From Octopus vulgaris (taxonomy: Eukaryota), in the NCBI GenBank assembly GCA_951406725.2, contig OX597814.1, positions 176,762,001-176,826,000 on the forward strand: DNA of 64,000 bases, given 5' to 3'. Both the position numbers and the translations under genes were made by a program. Within the stretch, counting starts at the first letter, position 1; each line of letters begins with the position of its first letter. The notes under the pieces are model-generated. The model had not been told where the DNA came from, made no database searches, and saw only the letters and a list, made by a program, of their open reading frames with translations. Of the stretch, positions 39,846-53,049 are shown piece by piece.

Positions 39846-41389
39846 CTCTGTTATAATAATAACAAGGGCAATGTATGGGAGAACATTATAGGGACAGATT
39901 AAAACATATTGGGGCTTATACAGAAATCAGTTGAATGAAAAAGAGTGGTGGTACATACAGTATACAAATGTATCCAGACAAGAACTGTCAGCTCGAACCA
40001 ATTAAAGAGCTCAACAGATCAAGGATTGCTCTGATTACAAAGGACGAATGCTCTCTCTCACCTTTGTTCCTTGACCAATAGGTATATGCTGACTGTAGGC
40101 CCATTTACACTGGCTGCTTTTGTTACTTATACCTACCTTTCAGGAAATTCACTGGAGGATAGAACTTCCCTCCTCACTCTCAAAGGATTGGCCAAAAAGT
40201 AAAAGCAATCTCCATGTACTGTCAACCTTGTCCATCACAGAATTTCTTTCACTATAGCATGCAACCAGACAGAGGAATACTGCCTTCTCTTACTGTCTAA
40301 AGAAAGATGGTGAGATAATCTCCAACTGATTTATAAATCTCTCCTATGTATAACAGTAAACAGTAACAGATGTTTGATGTAACTTCTGCAAGTCACCAGT
40401 GCTCAAATACTGAATGAGTGTATGCAGAATGGTTTTGTTATCCTGAGAGCATTTCGGACAGGATTAGCTGATAATGCTAATATGTCTCTAGAGTTTTTCC
40501 TGAACTGGTAATGCAGCTCTTCCCAAAGCACTGCAAACTGACGATTTCCTTGAGCTGAAGGTTCTCTCAGAACAGGCTGTTCAGTTGATTCTCATTGATA
40601 TCCAAAGACTCCTTGAGAACTTATCATTCTTATCTGCCAAACTGTATTGAATGCAAGGCTTGATGTACGAGCCCCTGTGTTGATCAACTGATAGAATGCT
40701 GTGACTTATTTCTTTACTGCCCACAAGGGGCTAAATAGAATACTGTGACTGCCTGACAACATTGTAGATACCAGGCAACCAATCTTGGTCTTCTCTTGAC
40801 CCAGGACTGTAGCAGTAGAAAGACTTGGCTCACAAATGATGAAATCTTTAAAAAAATCTAGTAATCTTTGCAAAACCCTGCCACCTTACACTAAACCATC
40901 TGCACAAAGGGAGTTTGCAGTATGAGTCTTCTGACCAGTGGAATGTGTTCTTTCCTTAAGAAGCAAAAGAGTGGACACTGAAACCAAGTTAGATGAAAAC
41001 TGGAGCAAAATAGAATAGTCAAATGATAGTAAATAAAAGAGGCAATATCTGCATTCACCACAAGTGTCTGACAGATCTTTCAGCTTATTTCAGAGTGAGA
41101 CTGGCCACTCAACATGTAAACCTAATCTTCACTAATACCCAAAAGCATTTCAAATGCATCTTAATGGAACTTTTGTTCCAAGAACTTAAGATACTGGCTA
41201 GCATGACCTACCTCTCCATGTACTAAGTTGCAAGCCTAGAAACTGAAAGAAGCCATTGTGTGTGTTTGTATTTCATTGTGTTGACGTGCAATTGTTTTAA
41301 ATGGCATTACTGTCATACTTTACTTCCAATTTTTTGCGAAAATATGGCCAACCATAAGGACATCTTTCTTCAAAACAAGTGAAAGTTGA

Positions 41390-41618
41390 GAGTTAGTAGC
41401 CCGCACTTTTAACCTCAAGATTCTGAGTTCGATTCCAAGCAGCAACCTGAACAACAACAATAATAATAATAACATTGAAAAATACCTTAGGAATGAGAAA
41501 CCCAGGTTCAAAATTTCCCCAAGACACCTGAAGAAGGCTGGAGGATATATCAGCCGAAATGTTGTGTTAACGATAAACAAGATGAGGACAAATATCTGTC
41601 AAATGTAAGTAATGTACA
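41390..41618 (+). mobile_element. Short PLE-derived copy: inverted 5' stub, partial tRNA-like cassette, (AAT)n, hammerhead motif (41524-41567)
   Basis: ACAC-CTGAAGA-A-GGCTG..CAGCC-GAAA-TG-TT|GTGT; homologous to 56919-57148 on minus; 41391-41414 is the reverse complement of the cassette 5' part. Confidence 0.75.
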
Positions 41619-42467
41619 GATTTATTTTGTCCTGCAGTTAAGCACCACACCCATGGTTCTTGAGTGCCTTTACAGGAGTCCACTTTGTTGCAAGCATTCA
41701 CAGATCTTCAGTTAGATGATACTTTACCCTTCCTCTCTCACAAGTCTCAGAGACCCTGTGAAGAATAATAGGCTCTTTTCCTTCCTCTCCTGATTAAAAG
41801 ATTACATACATACATATATACTCACACGTACATATAAGTGTAAGTGTATTCTGTGTAAAATGAAAACAGAACTTGAAAGTCCCCTTTGATTCTCTCTCAC
41901 CAGCTGCTGTGAGAATCATAAGAATTTCAACTGTTTCATGGTCTGCTACCACAACAGCTCCTTTATAGGATCCACTTAGCTCAAGACATCACCAGGAGGA
42001 ACCACATCCGGTTTCAGCCCCTACAACACACACTAAATAACTTTCTGAGCTTATGTCTGGTCCTGTGGTGGTAGGAAGTGGGATTTGAACTCAGAATGCT
42101 TAGAGCTGAAAGATATACTGCAAAGCATCATGTCTTGGATTTGTACTTTCTCAAGTCCAAAAAGATTAAAGGTAAAATCATTCTAGGTAGAATTTGAACT
42201 CAGAACACAGAAAGCTGGAACAGAAATTGGAATGGTATTCCATTCCATGCTTCAATAGCTGCCTCTTCAAAGCCATTACACTTATGCCCAATACTCAAAC
42301 ATATTTTCATGCATTATATATCTACACACACACAGCTATGTATACTGTTTATACTATATATATGTATACACAAACATATATACAAGCACCAGTCTATTGG
42401 AGTAGTGGTTCCCAATCAGTAATGGCTTAGAGTGTGATGATTCACCCAACCCATATCATATATACAT

Positions 42468-43130
42468 GGTGTGGCTGTGTGGTAAGAAGTTTGCTTCCTA
42501 ACTGTATGGTTCCAGGTTCAGTCCCATTGTGTGGCACCTTGGGCCAAGCAAAGCCTTGTGAGTGAATTTGGTAGACAGAAACTGAAGCAAGCTGGCAGAA
42601 ATGTTAGCACACCAGGCGAAATGCTTAGCAGTATTTTGTCTGCTGTTACGTTCTGAGTTCAAATTCCGCTGAGGTCGACTTTGCCTTTCATCCTTTTGGG
42701 CTTGATTAAATAAGTACCAGTTACTCACTGGGGTCAATATAATCGACTTAATCCGTTTGTCTGTCCCCTCTGTGTTTAGCCCCTTGTAGGTAGTAAAGAA
42801 ATAGGTATTTTGTCTGCTGTTACATTCTGAGTTCAAATTCCGCCGAGGTCGACTTTGCCTTTCATCCTTTCAGGGTCGATGTAATCGACTTAATCCCTTT
42901 GTCCTCGTTTGTCCCCTCTATGTTGAACCCCTTATGAGCAATAAAGAAATAAGAAACTGAAAGAAGCCATTGTGAATATGTATGTTTGTGGTCTTCCAAC
43001 ACCACCTGACAACTAGTGCTGGTTTGTTTACATCCCTTTTACATTCAGTGAAAAGACTGATAAAATAGTACTGGGGTCAATTTATTCAACTAAAAAGTTT
43101 TTAGCAAGTGAAAAATAAAAGCTAAAAGAT
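42468..43130 (+). mobile_element. SINE family A with a nested, partly duplicated family B SINE (42587-42951)
   Basis: TSD agaaactgaa at 42577-86 and 42952-61. Confidence 0.8.
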
Positions 43131-44257
43131 GTAAACACACACATTTTTCTTTTGTTCATTTAATGACTAATTTTTTCCATGGTAGCTTGGGTGTGAACGT
43201 AGAATTATTTGGAGCAGGATTTTGTGGTTGAATGCTCTTCCTATTGTTAGCCTTTACCAGTTTTCAAGTTAAGGATTTTTTTTTATCCTAGAAGTCCTCG
43301 AAAATGAAGCATGACTAGTCATAATGTCAACACCAACAAATAGCAAATGTGAAATAACAATAGCCACACCTATTTCCACACACACAAAATAATTTGCATT
43401 GAATTGCTTGCAGTTTCCCTTATGAGGCACTGACCCAGAAATCAAATGGTTCTGAAACAAATTTCTTAACCACCGCCTTTCCTTTGCCTATTACATACAC
43501 ACATGCACACACACACACAAATCCAATATTTTAGTCAACTGAAAGTTTCATTATCACAGTAGCACAAACAACCTTCAGGGAGATAAGATTACTTAAACCA
43601 TTTGGGTCAGTGCTAACAAATGATTCATTGGGCAAAATTTTATAAACCCTCTTGGGACACAAAGTGATACAAACTGAAAGGACTTTGAGGCCGATCCATT
43701 GGTCTGATGAAACAAATGTTGTGAATGGTTGGTCTTGAAGTGAAATAGCTAATCAGAGATTATCTTTTAGTAAAATGTGTCTTGTGTGTCTCAAAAGGGT
43801 TAAATAGCTTTTGTTGTGAAAATTTTAAGTAAAACTATTAACAAAGGTTGGGGGTGGAGTGGGGGTAAGAAAAAGAAAATTCCAGCTAATAACTGGAGCA
43901 TCAAGGACGATGTGTTAATTAAATAATAATCCTTTCTACATTAGGCACAAGGCCTGAAATTTTGGGGGATGGGGACCTAGTCAATTACATAGCTTGGGCA
44001 GGAATTTTTGAGACAGTTTCTCAGCCAAATACCTTTCTTCATACCAGCTCTTATAGTCAAGACTCAACTGGTACTTATTTTATCTCAAAGGATAAAAGGA
44101 AAAGTTGACCTCAGCAGCATTTGAACTCAGAATATAAAGATGGATGAAATGCCACTAAGCATTGATGCAATGTACAAAAACTTCATCAGAAATATACGGA
44201 AACATCAATAAAATGATGTAAAAATTAAAATCACATATTTATAGTATATATATAGAC

Positions 44258-44612
44258 ATAGGAGTGGCTGTGTGGTAAGTAGCTTGCTTACCAACCACAT
44301 GGTTCCAGGTTCATTCCCACTGCGTGGCACCTTGGGCAAGTGTCTTCTACTATAGCCTCAGGCCGACAAAGCCTTGTGAGTGGATTTGGTAGATGGAAAC
44401 TGAGAGAAGCCCATCGTATATATGTGTGTGTACCCCCAACATCGCTTGACAACCGATAGTGGTGTGTTTATGTCCCCATATCTTAGTGGCTCGGCAAACA
44501 AGACTGATAGAATAAGTACTAGGTTTACAAAGAATAAGTCCTGGGGTCGAGTTGCTCGACTAAAGGCGGTGCTCCAGCATGGCCACAGTCAAATAACTGA
44601 AACAAGTAAGAG
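44258..44612 (+). mobile_element. SINE family A
   Basis: Near-consensus copy. Confidence 0.88.
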
Positions 44613-44617
44613 TATAT

Positions 44618-45224
44618 ATCTGACCGTACGACAGGCACCCATGCCAACCCCCTTGCTTGCGAAGACATGTTGGGGCAAGCGAAATTCGAATCGAACCAGC
44701 CAGGTTCCCTGGTCTGGTGGTACGTAAAAAGCACTATCCGACTCGTGGCCGATGCCAGTGCCGCCTCCACTGGCTTCCGTGCCGGTGGCACGTAAAATAC
44801 ACCAATCTGACCGTACAACAGGCACCCATGCCAACCCCCTTGCTTGTGAAGACATGTTGGGGCAAGCGAAATTGAAATCGAATTGAACCAGCCAGGATCC
44901 CTGGTCTGGTGGTACGTAAAAGCACCATCCGACTCGTGGCCGATGCCAGCACCGCCTCGTCTGGCTTCCGTGCCGGTGGCACATAAAATACACCAATCCG
45001 ACCGTGGCCGTTGCCAGCCTCGCCTGGCACCTGTGCAGGTGGCACGTAAAAGCACCCACTACACTCACGGAGTGGTTGGCGTTAGGAAGGGCATCCAGCT
45101 GTAGAAACACTGCCAGATAAGACTGGAGCCTGGTGCAGCCTTCTGGCTTCCCAGATCCCCGGTCGAACCGTCCAACCCATGCTAGCATGGAGAACGGACG
45201 TTAAACGACGATGATGATGATGAT
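44618..45224 (+). mobile_element. RTE 3' UTR variant with a tandem duplication of about 187 bp
   Basis: atctgaccgtac.acaggcacccatgcc occurs at 44618 and 44805; (GAT)n tail. Confidence 0.8.
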
Positions 45225-45703
45225 GTGTGAGTGCCATGAAATGCAAAACCTAACTGAAGTTTGGGCTCAGTAGCTTCCTTACTCCACTCCTATATCCAGT
45301 GCAGTATGTGGGGCACCAAACCACAGGATAGGCTAGTGTGATGAATATAAGCCAAGTAATAAAAAATAGAAAACATATGGGAATTCATGTTTTATAAAGC
45401 ATACTTGCCAGTAATTTGCCATATATAGTTTAAAATGCCATATATGTTTTCTGTATTTTATTGATACTATACACACACACTTCTCTCTCTCTGACTGGGG
45501 TAGCCATGTATTTCATCCACTGAGTGAAATCTGTTTCTATCCCTCTGCCACACTGAAACCTCATCATCATCTGGCATGAAGCCAGCTCACTCGATACCAT
45601 TCTCCTCCTCGGCTGAGGGGATTTTGTGTTGCAAATTACATGGTGATCTCACTGGTGCCCAGTCCACTCTGTAAAATGGTTGGCAAGAAATTAATTTTCA
45701 GAC

Positions 45704-46347
45704 ATCACCATCATCATCGTTTAACGTCCACTTTCCAAGCTAGCATGGGTTGGAGGATTTGACTGAGGACTGGCAAACAAAATGGCTGCACCAGACTCCA
45801 ATCTGATCTGGCAGAGTTTCTACAGCTGGATTCCCTTCCTAACGCCAACCACTCCGAGAGTGTAGTGGGTGCTTTTACGTGCCACAGGCATGAGAGCTAG
45901 TTAGGTGGTGCTTTTTATGTGCCACCTGCACAGGAGCCAGTCCAGCGGCACTGGCAACGACCTCGCTCGAATGCTTTTTTTCATGTGTCACCAGCACAAG
46001 TGCTTGTAAGGCGACGCAGGGAACGATCACGCTCGAATGGTGTTTTTAACGTGCCATTGACATGGAGGCCAGCTTGTTGCTCTGGCAACGATCTCACTCA
46101 TATGGTACTCTTAGCGCTCCACTAGCAACGGATGTTAGTCACCGAGTTTGATTTCGACTTTGATTTCACTTGCCTCAACAGGTCTTCGCAAGCAGAGTTT
46201 AGTGTTCGATGAAGGAAAGGCATGCATAAGTAGACTGGTTACATGGTCTCACTTGCACTTGCCAAGGTTATGGTCTCACTTGCACTCGCCAAGAAGGTTA
46301 TGGTCTCACTTGTGCTTGCCGGGTCTTCTCAAGCACAGCATATTTCC
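45704..46347 (-). mobile_element. RTE 3' UTR copy
   Basis: Homologous to 30900-31535. Confidence 0.8.
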
Positions 46348-46359
46348 CTATATAAAACA

Positions 46360-46855
46360 ATAGGAGCTAAAAATAGAAAAGTGGAGCAGTCTACACAATA
46401 GCAAATAGAGAAGTGCTTAAAACCAGTTTGGAAAAGCAAAATCTATGTAGCTCAGGGAAGAAATATGAGACTATCAAGGTGAGGTTCACCTCAGAGGAGA
46501 AGGCTAAAAATTTCTAGACAGCTACCCTAATGACTGAGAAACTAATCCTCATCCCATGACTTGGTCGGAGAGTATTCAGAGTTAGAATACTCAACATCCC
46601 ACCAGAGATAAACATTTGCTGGTTAGTGGCTGCAATTCTTCTTGACATAGAAGAGAAAAATCACAATTCTGTGAATACAGAAAATATACAAGCAGAACTG
46701 GTTAGGATAGGGGATGCTGCTACCAACACAAGATGACCAGCCACATGTGGAGGCTATCCCAGATTGCACTAAGTTTCACGTAGCTGTTGAAGGCAGAAAG
46801 CAAAGGTATCACCTGTGCAGGGTTACAAACCACCTCAAAGCCTTTTGCCCACTTC
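46360..46855 (+). mobile_element. Degenerate L1/Tx1-like ORF1 relic with a zinc knuckle
   Basis: 46780-46851 reads VAVEGRKQRYHLCRVTNHLKAFCP, a CX2CX4HX4C with the first Cys replaced by Tyr. Confidence 0.5.
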
Positions 46856-47005
46856 TGTAAAGTGGCTGGCATTAGGAAGGGTATTCAGCTGTAAAAACTA
46901 TGCCAGAGCAGACAGTGAAACTTGGCACAGTCCCTAGGCTTACCAGCTCCTGTAAAACTTCCCAGCACATGCCAGCTTGGAAGATAGATGTTAAATGATG
47001 AGATA

Positions 47006-47040
<35 letters not shown>

Positions 47041-47043
<3 letters not shown>

Positions 47044-47433
47044 ATATGACAATTATTCGGTAGCCAAGATAAAACTCTGAGTTTCGGATGCCGAAGTGGA
47101 AATCTACACCACCATCTCTTCAGTTATCCGGCCATCTGAACTTTTCATAGAATAATCTATGTAATAGGCGTCCATATTAAATTCTTCTGTGTGTTCTCAA
47201 CCGATGTCTGTCGATTATCCAAAATAAGCTGTATTAGCTCTTAGTGAAGAATAGTGCCGTTCAGATGGCCGGATAACTGAAGAGATGGTGGTGTGGATTT
47301 CCACCTCGGCATCCGAAACTCTGAGTTTTATCTTGGCTACTGAATAATTGTCACATATTATATTTACAGATAAATTCCTCTATTTACATAATATTGAGGT
47401 CTCTTTCTTTTGTTATCTTACCGTTTTTACCAA
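47041..47433 (+). mobile_element. PLE fold-back insertion in (TA)n: arms of about 100 bp (47041-47141 / 47259-47359), hammerhead motif at 47272-47332
   Basis: GATAA-CTGAAGA-GATG..CATCC-GAAA-CTCTGAG-TT|TTATC; the same 3' end recurs at about 31708-31827. Confidence 0.8.
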
Positions 47434-47769
47434 TATATATATATATATATATATATAGCATGTAATGAGGGACGAGGTTATCTCTGAACTATAATTATGT
47501 TAAGAGATTTTACTTATGTATTTAACTCTTTCCTGGTACTAAAGCCACTTATCTATTTAGAGTAGGGAGAACACAATTTAATTGCTATCTTCAATCTTTT
47601 TTTGGCAAGTATATAACTCTACACATCAACACAACATCATTATTCAACTAACAGGATGTTGCAAAGTATTGAGTCAATGGCTTTCAAGAAAAAATAAAAG
47701 ATCCTTTGATAATGATGTTGAAGGTCGGCCAGTAAGTTAGTTTAAGAAAATTCCTTTTGAGTAATTTCT

Positions 47770-48084
47770 ATCATCATCATCGTTTAACGTCCATTCTCCA
47801 TGCTAGCATGGGTTGGACGGTTCGACCGGGGATCTGGGAAGCCAGAAGGCTGCACCAGGCTCCGGTCTTATCTGGCAGTGTTTCTACAGCTGGATGCCCT
47901 TCCTAACGTCAACCACTCCGTGAGTGTAGTGGGTGCTTTTTACGTGCCACCTGCACTGGTGCCAGGCGAGGCTGGCATCGGCCACGGTCGGATTGGTGCA
48001 TTTTACGTGCCACCTGCACGGAAGCCAGTCGAGGCGGCACTAGCTTCGGCCACGATTCGGATGGTGCTTTTTACGTGCCACCGG
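47770..48084 (-). mobile_element. RTE 3' UTR copy
   Basis: Homologous to the 3' part of 44618-45224. Confidence 0.8.
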
Positions 48085-48306
48085 AAAAAAAAAAAGAAAA
48101 GAAAGAAAGAGGAAAAGAAACACTGCATCCATACAACTTAATCTCCAATTGAGGTGAAGCTAAAGTGACTTGAAAGAAATGTTTTTTTTTACTAAAGATC
48201 GAACATTAAAATAGATATTAAAAAAGAGCTTTGAACATCTTGAAAGTGAACCTTGAATTAATTTTCATGTTCAAGAGAAACAGATTGATTGAGATTTTCT
48301 GAACAT

Positions 48307-49050
48307 AGGCGCAGGAGTGGCTGTGTGGTGTAAGTGGCTTGCTTACCAATGACATGGTTTAGGGTTCAGTCCCACTGTGTGGTACCCTGGGCAAGTGTCT
48401 TCTACTATAGCCTCGGGCTGACCAAAGCCTTGTGAGTGCATTTGGTAGATGGAAACTGAAAAGAAGCCCATCATATATATGTATATATGTCTGTGTGTAT
48501 GTTTGTCTCCAACATTGCTTGCCAACTGATGCTGGTGTGTTTACGTCCCCGTAACTAAGCAGTTTGGCAAAAGAGACCGATAGAATAAGTACTAGGCTTA
48601 CAAAGAAGTTCTGGGGTTGATTTTCTCGACTAAAGGCGGTGCTCCAGCTTGGCCACAGTCAAATGACTGAAACAAGTAAAAAAGTAAAAGAGACTATAGG
48701 TACAGGTGTGGCTGTGTGGTAAGATGTTTACTTTCCAACTACATGGTTTTGGGTTCAGTCTCATTGTATGGGACCTTGGGCAAAAGAAAGTCTTGCGAAT
48801 GGATTTGGTAGATGGAAGCTGAAAGAAGCCAGTTGTGTGTGTGCGTGTCTCTTTATGTATGTGTTTGTCCTTCACCACCGCTTGACAGCTGGTGTTGGTG
48901 TGTTTATGTCCCTGTAACTTAACAGGTTGGTAAAAGAGACCAACAGAATAAGTACCAGGTTTTATAAAAAATAATAAGTACTGGGGGAGATAAGTTCAAC
49001 TAAAATTCTTCAAAGCAGCACCCCAGCACGGCCACAAGTAAAAGATAAAA
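48307..49050 (+). mobile_element. Two tandem SINE family A copies (48307-48690, 48698-49050)
   Basis: Homology to other copies. Confidence 0.85.
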
Positions 49051-49090
49051 TTCTCTGACCTTTCAAAGTATTAAATACTCCATATTCATT

Positions 49091-49436
49091 AATGGAAATT
49101 GTAGCTGTGATACCAGTGCCGATGGCATGTAAGAGTACCATCCGGACGTGGCCGTTGCCAGCGCCGCCCCGACTGGCCTCCGTGCCAGTGGCACGTAAAA
49201 TGCACCATCCGAACATGGCCGTTGCCAGCCTCGTCTGGCCCCCGTGCCAGTGGCACGTAAAATGCACCCACTACATCCACGGAGTTGTTGGTGTTAGGAA
49301 GGGCATCCAGCCGTAGAAACATTGCCAGATCAGACTGGGCCTGGCGCAGCCTTCTAGCTTCCCAGACCTCAGTTGAACCATCCAACCCATGCTTGCATGG
49401 AAAACGGACGTTAAACAATGATGATGATGATGATGA
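49091..49436 (+). mobile_element. RTE 3' UTR copy
   Basis: Repeat units and (GAT)n tail. Confidence 0.8.
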
Positions 49437-49667
49437 TTCAAGAGTATATGTATGAAAGAAATAGAATGTGTGTGAGTAAAAAAGAAGTGGTGGCAGGTAC
49501 ATAGAAATGCTTCTTGTTCAACATTTTTACAGATTCAGCTTGTCTAGCATGTGATCAAGCTGGGGGCACTGCTGTAAAGCTATGCAAATAACCACTAAGA
49601 CAGTGAATTGCCAGATTTGTTATAGTGTTGAATAGAATGCCTTGAGGTATTTGTTCTGACTGTGTTC

Positions 49668-50340
49668 TGAGTTCAAGTCCCACTGAGGTAAACACTGCTT
49701 TTCACTGTTTCGATATTGATGGAAAAAAAAAAAAGCACCAATCCAGTATAGTGGACAGGCAGAGCTGTTAGGGTGTCAGATGTTATGTAGCATTTGTTTT
49801 TTGTTTTTTTTTGTATTCTGACAACAATGCCTGCAATGAAAAAATGCCAGACTGTATGAGTGAGGGTTGGTAGCCTTTTCCTTGGATAAAAATTGGTATA
49901 ACAGAGAATGGATACTTGCATGCATGAGCATCAGCTAATCATGCTCAAATCTTGATCAGGTCTAGACATACCATATGCAGATGCATCTTGACTGACGGGG
50001 ACCCTATCGTCTTGAGTTAAAGTCCCACTTAGGTAAACACTGCTTTCACTGTTTTGATATTGCTAGAAAAAAAAAAAAAAAGCACCAATCCAGTATAGCA
50101 GAGCTGTTAGGGTGTCAGATGTTTCGGAACATCTGTTTTGGCTTTTGTATTCTAACAATATCTGCAATGATACATGCCAGACTGTATGAGTGCAGGTTGG
50201 TAGCCTTTCCCTTGGATAAAAATTGGTACAACAGAGAATGGATACTTGCATGCATGAGCATCAGCCAATGATGCTCAAATCTTGATCAGGTCTTGACATA
50301 CATGTGCAGATGCATCTTGACTGATGGATACCCTATCATC
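49668..50340 (+). repeat. Tandem duplication of about 335 bp of an old SINE-like sequence (49668-50010 / 50013-50340)
   Basis: Twin ORFs 49673..49921 and 50063..50251; both copies start tgagtt.aagtcccact.aggtaaacactgc. Confidence 0.85.
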
Positions 50341-50579
50341 ATCATTTAGTGCCCATTTTCAATATTGGTATAGGTTGGATGGCTTGACAGGAATCAGTGA
50401 ACCTGAGGACTGTACCAAGCTTCAGTATAGCTTCTGTGGCTGGATTATCTTCCTAAACAGAGTGTACTGGGTGCTTTTTATATGGCATCAAAAGAGAAGA
50501 CTCTGACCATTCAACTGAGGAGAGTGTAATACTGAGGGAGGAGTCATTATGTCAAATGATGATAGTGTGTGTGTGTGGG

Positions 50580-50935
50580 GCTGATACTGGTGTCACATAA
50601 CTGGCATCCGTGCTGGTGGTATGTAAAGAGCACTCTTCGAACATTGGATGTCATGGAGGTGATGACAAGTGACCGAGACCGTTGGTGATATGCTGTGCTT
50701 GAGAAGACTCGTTAAGCCAAATGAAATTGTAGTTGTGGCCAATACTGGTGTCAAATAACTGGCAGCTGTGCCGCTGGCATGTAAAAAGCACTCATTACAC
50801 TCTTGGAGTGGTTGGCGTTTGCAAGGGGCATCCAGCCGTAGAAACCATGCCAAATTGGACTGGAACCTGATGCAGCTTTCCAGCTTACTAGTTCCAGTCA
50901 AACTGTCTAACCCATGCCAGTAAGGAAACTAGACA
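50580..50935 (+). mobile_element. Old RTE 3' portion (ORF2 end plus UTR)
   Basis: cttcgaacattgg..atgacaagtgaccgagacc..gctgtgcttgagaag matches the 31510-31590 reverse complement. Confidence 0.7.
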
Positions 50936-50957
50936 CCATATATATATATATATATAA

Positions 50958-51342
50958 TATAGGATAAAATTTTTCAAAAAAATTCTATCGATGGTCAGCA
51001 TATTAAAAAAGTACCTTTAAAGGTTAAATTTATAAACAATTTATAAGTAAGAGCAAAAGAAAAAATTTCTAATGCCAAAATATGCCGAAAATAGAACCAC
51101 GCGTTTCGGAGAAAGCCGGCAGAAATTTCTAAAAAATCCAGTTATTACCATATCAGACCCAATTTCAGAGTTAGTTCATAAGAACCTTCCCTTCATCAGT
51201 GATAAATGTGGTAAAGAAATAAGTGAAATACTTACACCCATGGAAGAATGTAGTGATGAATTATAATGGTTATTGACGTTGTGTCTATTTTCAGCACATT
51301 TTGGCATTAGAAATTTTTTCTTTTGCCCTTACTTATAAATTG
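50958..51342 (-). mobile_element. PLE fold-back relic in (TA)n: 59-bp arms (51037-51095 / 51284-51342) and a degenerate hammerhead on minus
   Basis: Minus strand CTGATGA (51199-93) ... TTCTCC-GAAA-CGCG (51107-51100). Confidence 0.65.
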
Positions 51343-51685
51343 AATATATATATAAGCAATACATCAACTGAAGCTAACATATTCAGTGTACAACAGTATT
51401 CCATTTCTTTACAGCCATTAAATGTAGATTTTTATAGAAGTTACAATAACTTTCAAAAAATAAAATATAGTCATATTACTTATAGAACATAATGTTAAAT
51501 TTTCGTTGAGATATGAAGTCACAAGTTGAGAGATTAATGTTTGGTATTGTTCTTCACAGATAAAAAAGATTTTTTTTTTGACATTCATATCATTGTGCTA
51601 ACATGAGTGTAGTTGTTTATTTGTTGACTTAATTATTTTTACGTTGTTCTCCCTTATTCATAACAATTCAACTGTGAAATCAGAA

Positions 51686-52224
51686 GGACCTTTTTGGTTT
51701 GAACGGCAGTTTTTAACATAATTTCTAGGTAACTAAAAAATTTTAAACTTCGTATACTGGTGGAATGTGTTTATAAAACATCATTTTCTCTTGGCTTTCT
51801 TGAGAAAATTCTGTAGTTTGTAACATATTTCGTCTTTAATTTCTTGCATTTCGGCAATTTTAACCAATCACTGGCGTCTATTGAGTTAAAAAGCATTCTG
51901 TGCCGTATGAATATGTCCCTCGTTTAAGAAACAGATTGGGTTTATTTACATTTGCGCTAGAAAAAACTGCCATTTTCTCTAGCGGTGTCATATGAAATTG
52001 TCACCCATAATTATGACCCTAGAATCGATCTATTGCATTTCAATCTATTTTAGATTTAGGGTTAGGGTTATTAAAGACGAAATATGTTACAAACTACAAA
52101 ATTTTCTCAAGAAAGCCAAGAGAAAATGATGTTTTATAAACACATTCTACCAGTATACGAAGTTTAAAATTTTTTAGTTACCTAGAAATTATGTTAAAAA
52201 CTGCCGTACAAACCGAAAAGATCC
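51686..52224. mobile_element. MITE with about 155-bp TIRs and 8-bp TSD aatcagaa; Merlin-like (GG...CC ends)
   Basis: TIRs 51686-51840 / 52070-52224; TSD at 51678-85 and 52225-32; internal ttagggttagggtta. Confidence 0.85.
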
Positions 52225-53049
52225 AATCAGAATATAGCTGCCTATATTAAGGCAATAAATTAGTGTAAACAGAGTTATGTACCTTGTTCAAAAGCATAGC
52301 AAACACAAAGTCGATAGCATAAGAATAGTGGAAATAAAACTAATAGAAAATATTGACGGGAAATTATGCTAAAAATCGAAATGAAAATAACATTTTGCTT
52401 TTTTATACTGATAAATTATATTAAATAGAGTAACTTCCAGAATAATGAAATCATACAAAAGACACAATAGGCTGAGTGTTTAAACCATAAATCAAGTGGT
52501 TTGATTTATTGAAGTATGTTACAGAAATTACGAAGTTGGCTGCCTTAATGCATCATCATTCCTATCATCTTGTGTAGGATGTCAGGACTACAGGTTTCAA
52601 ATGAGCATAAACGGAAAGCTAACAAAACCTGCTAGCTTTCACTTAAATTTTATGTATTACCCTTTTGTGGCCATATTTCTAACAAAACACATTGCCCTAT
52701 ATGCTTCAATTAATTTTGAAAATAATGAAAAAAAAAATTACAGGAATTTAAAAAAAAAAATTAATTTACATTATTAGGGTATGTTTAGAACATCAGTTAT
52801 TGAAAGTTTTTTTTTTGTATATAAAATTATGTTGGAAGGTTTTTTTCTTTTATTTAAATACGAACATTTTAAAATGGGAGGTTTTTGTTTTGTAGAGCCA
52901 GAGACCGTCTTAGGGACTTTTATACCAAAAGGATCAAGTAGGTTTAGTTTTGCTTCTATATCATCCATCAAATGTTTAAGGACTGAAGTCAGTGGGTTAC
53001 TTACATACAAAAACCTTGTCTGGAACTCACAGCAATTTAACCCAATTAA

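Noticed and set aside
52056-52070. True telomere or chromosome fusion site
   Set aside because: Only about 2.5 units, located inside a TSD-bounded MITE.
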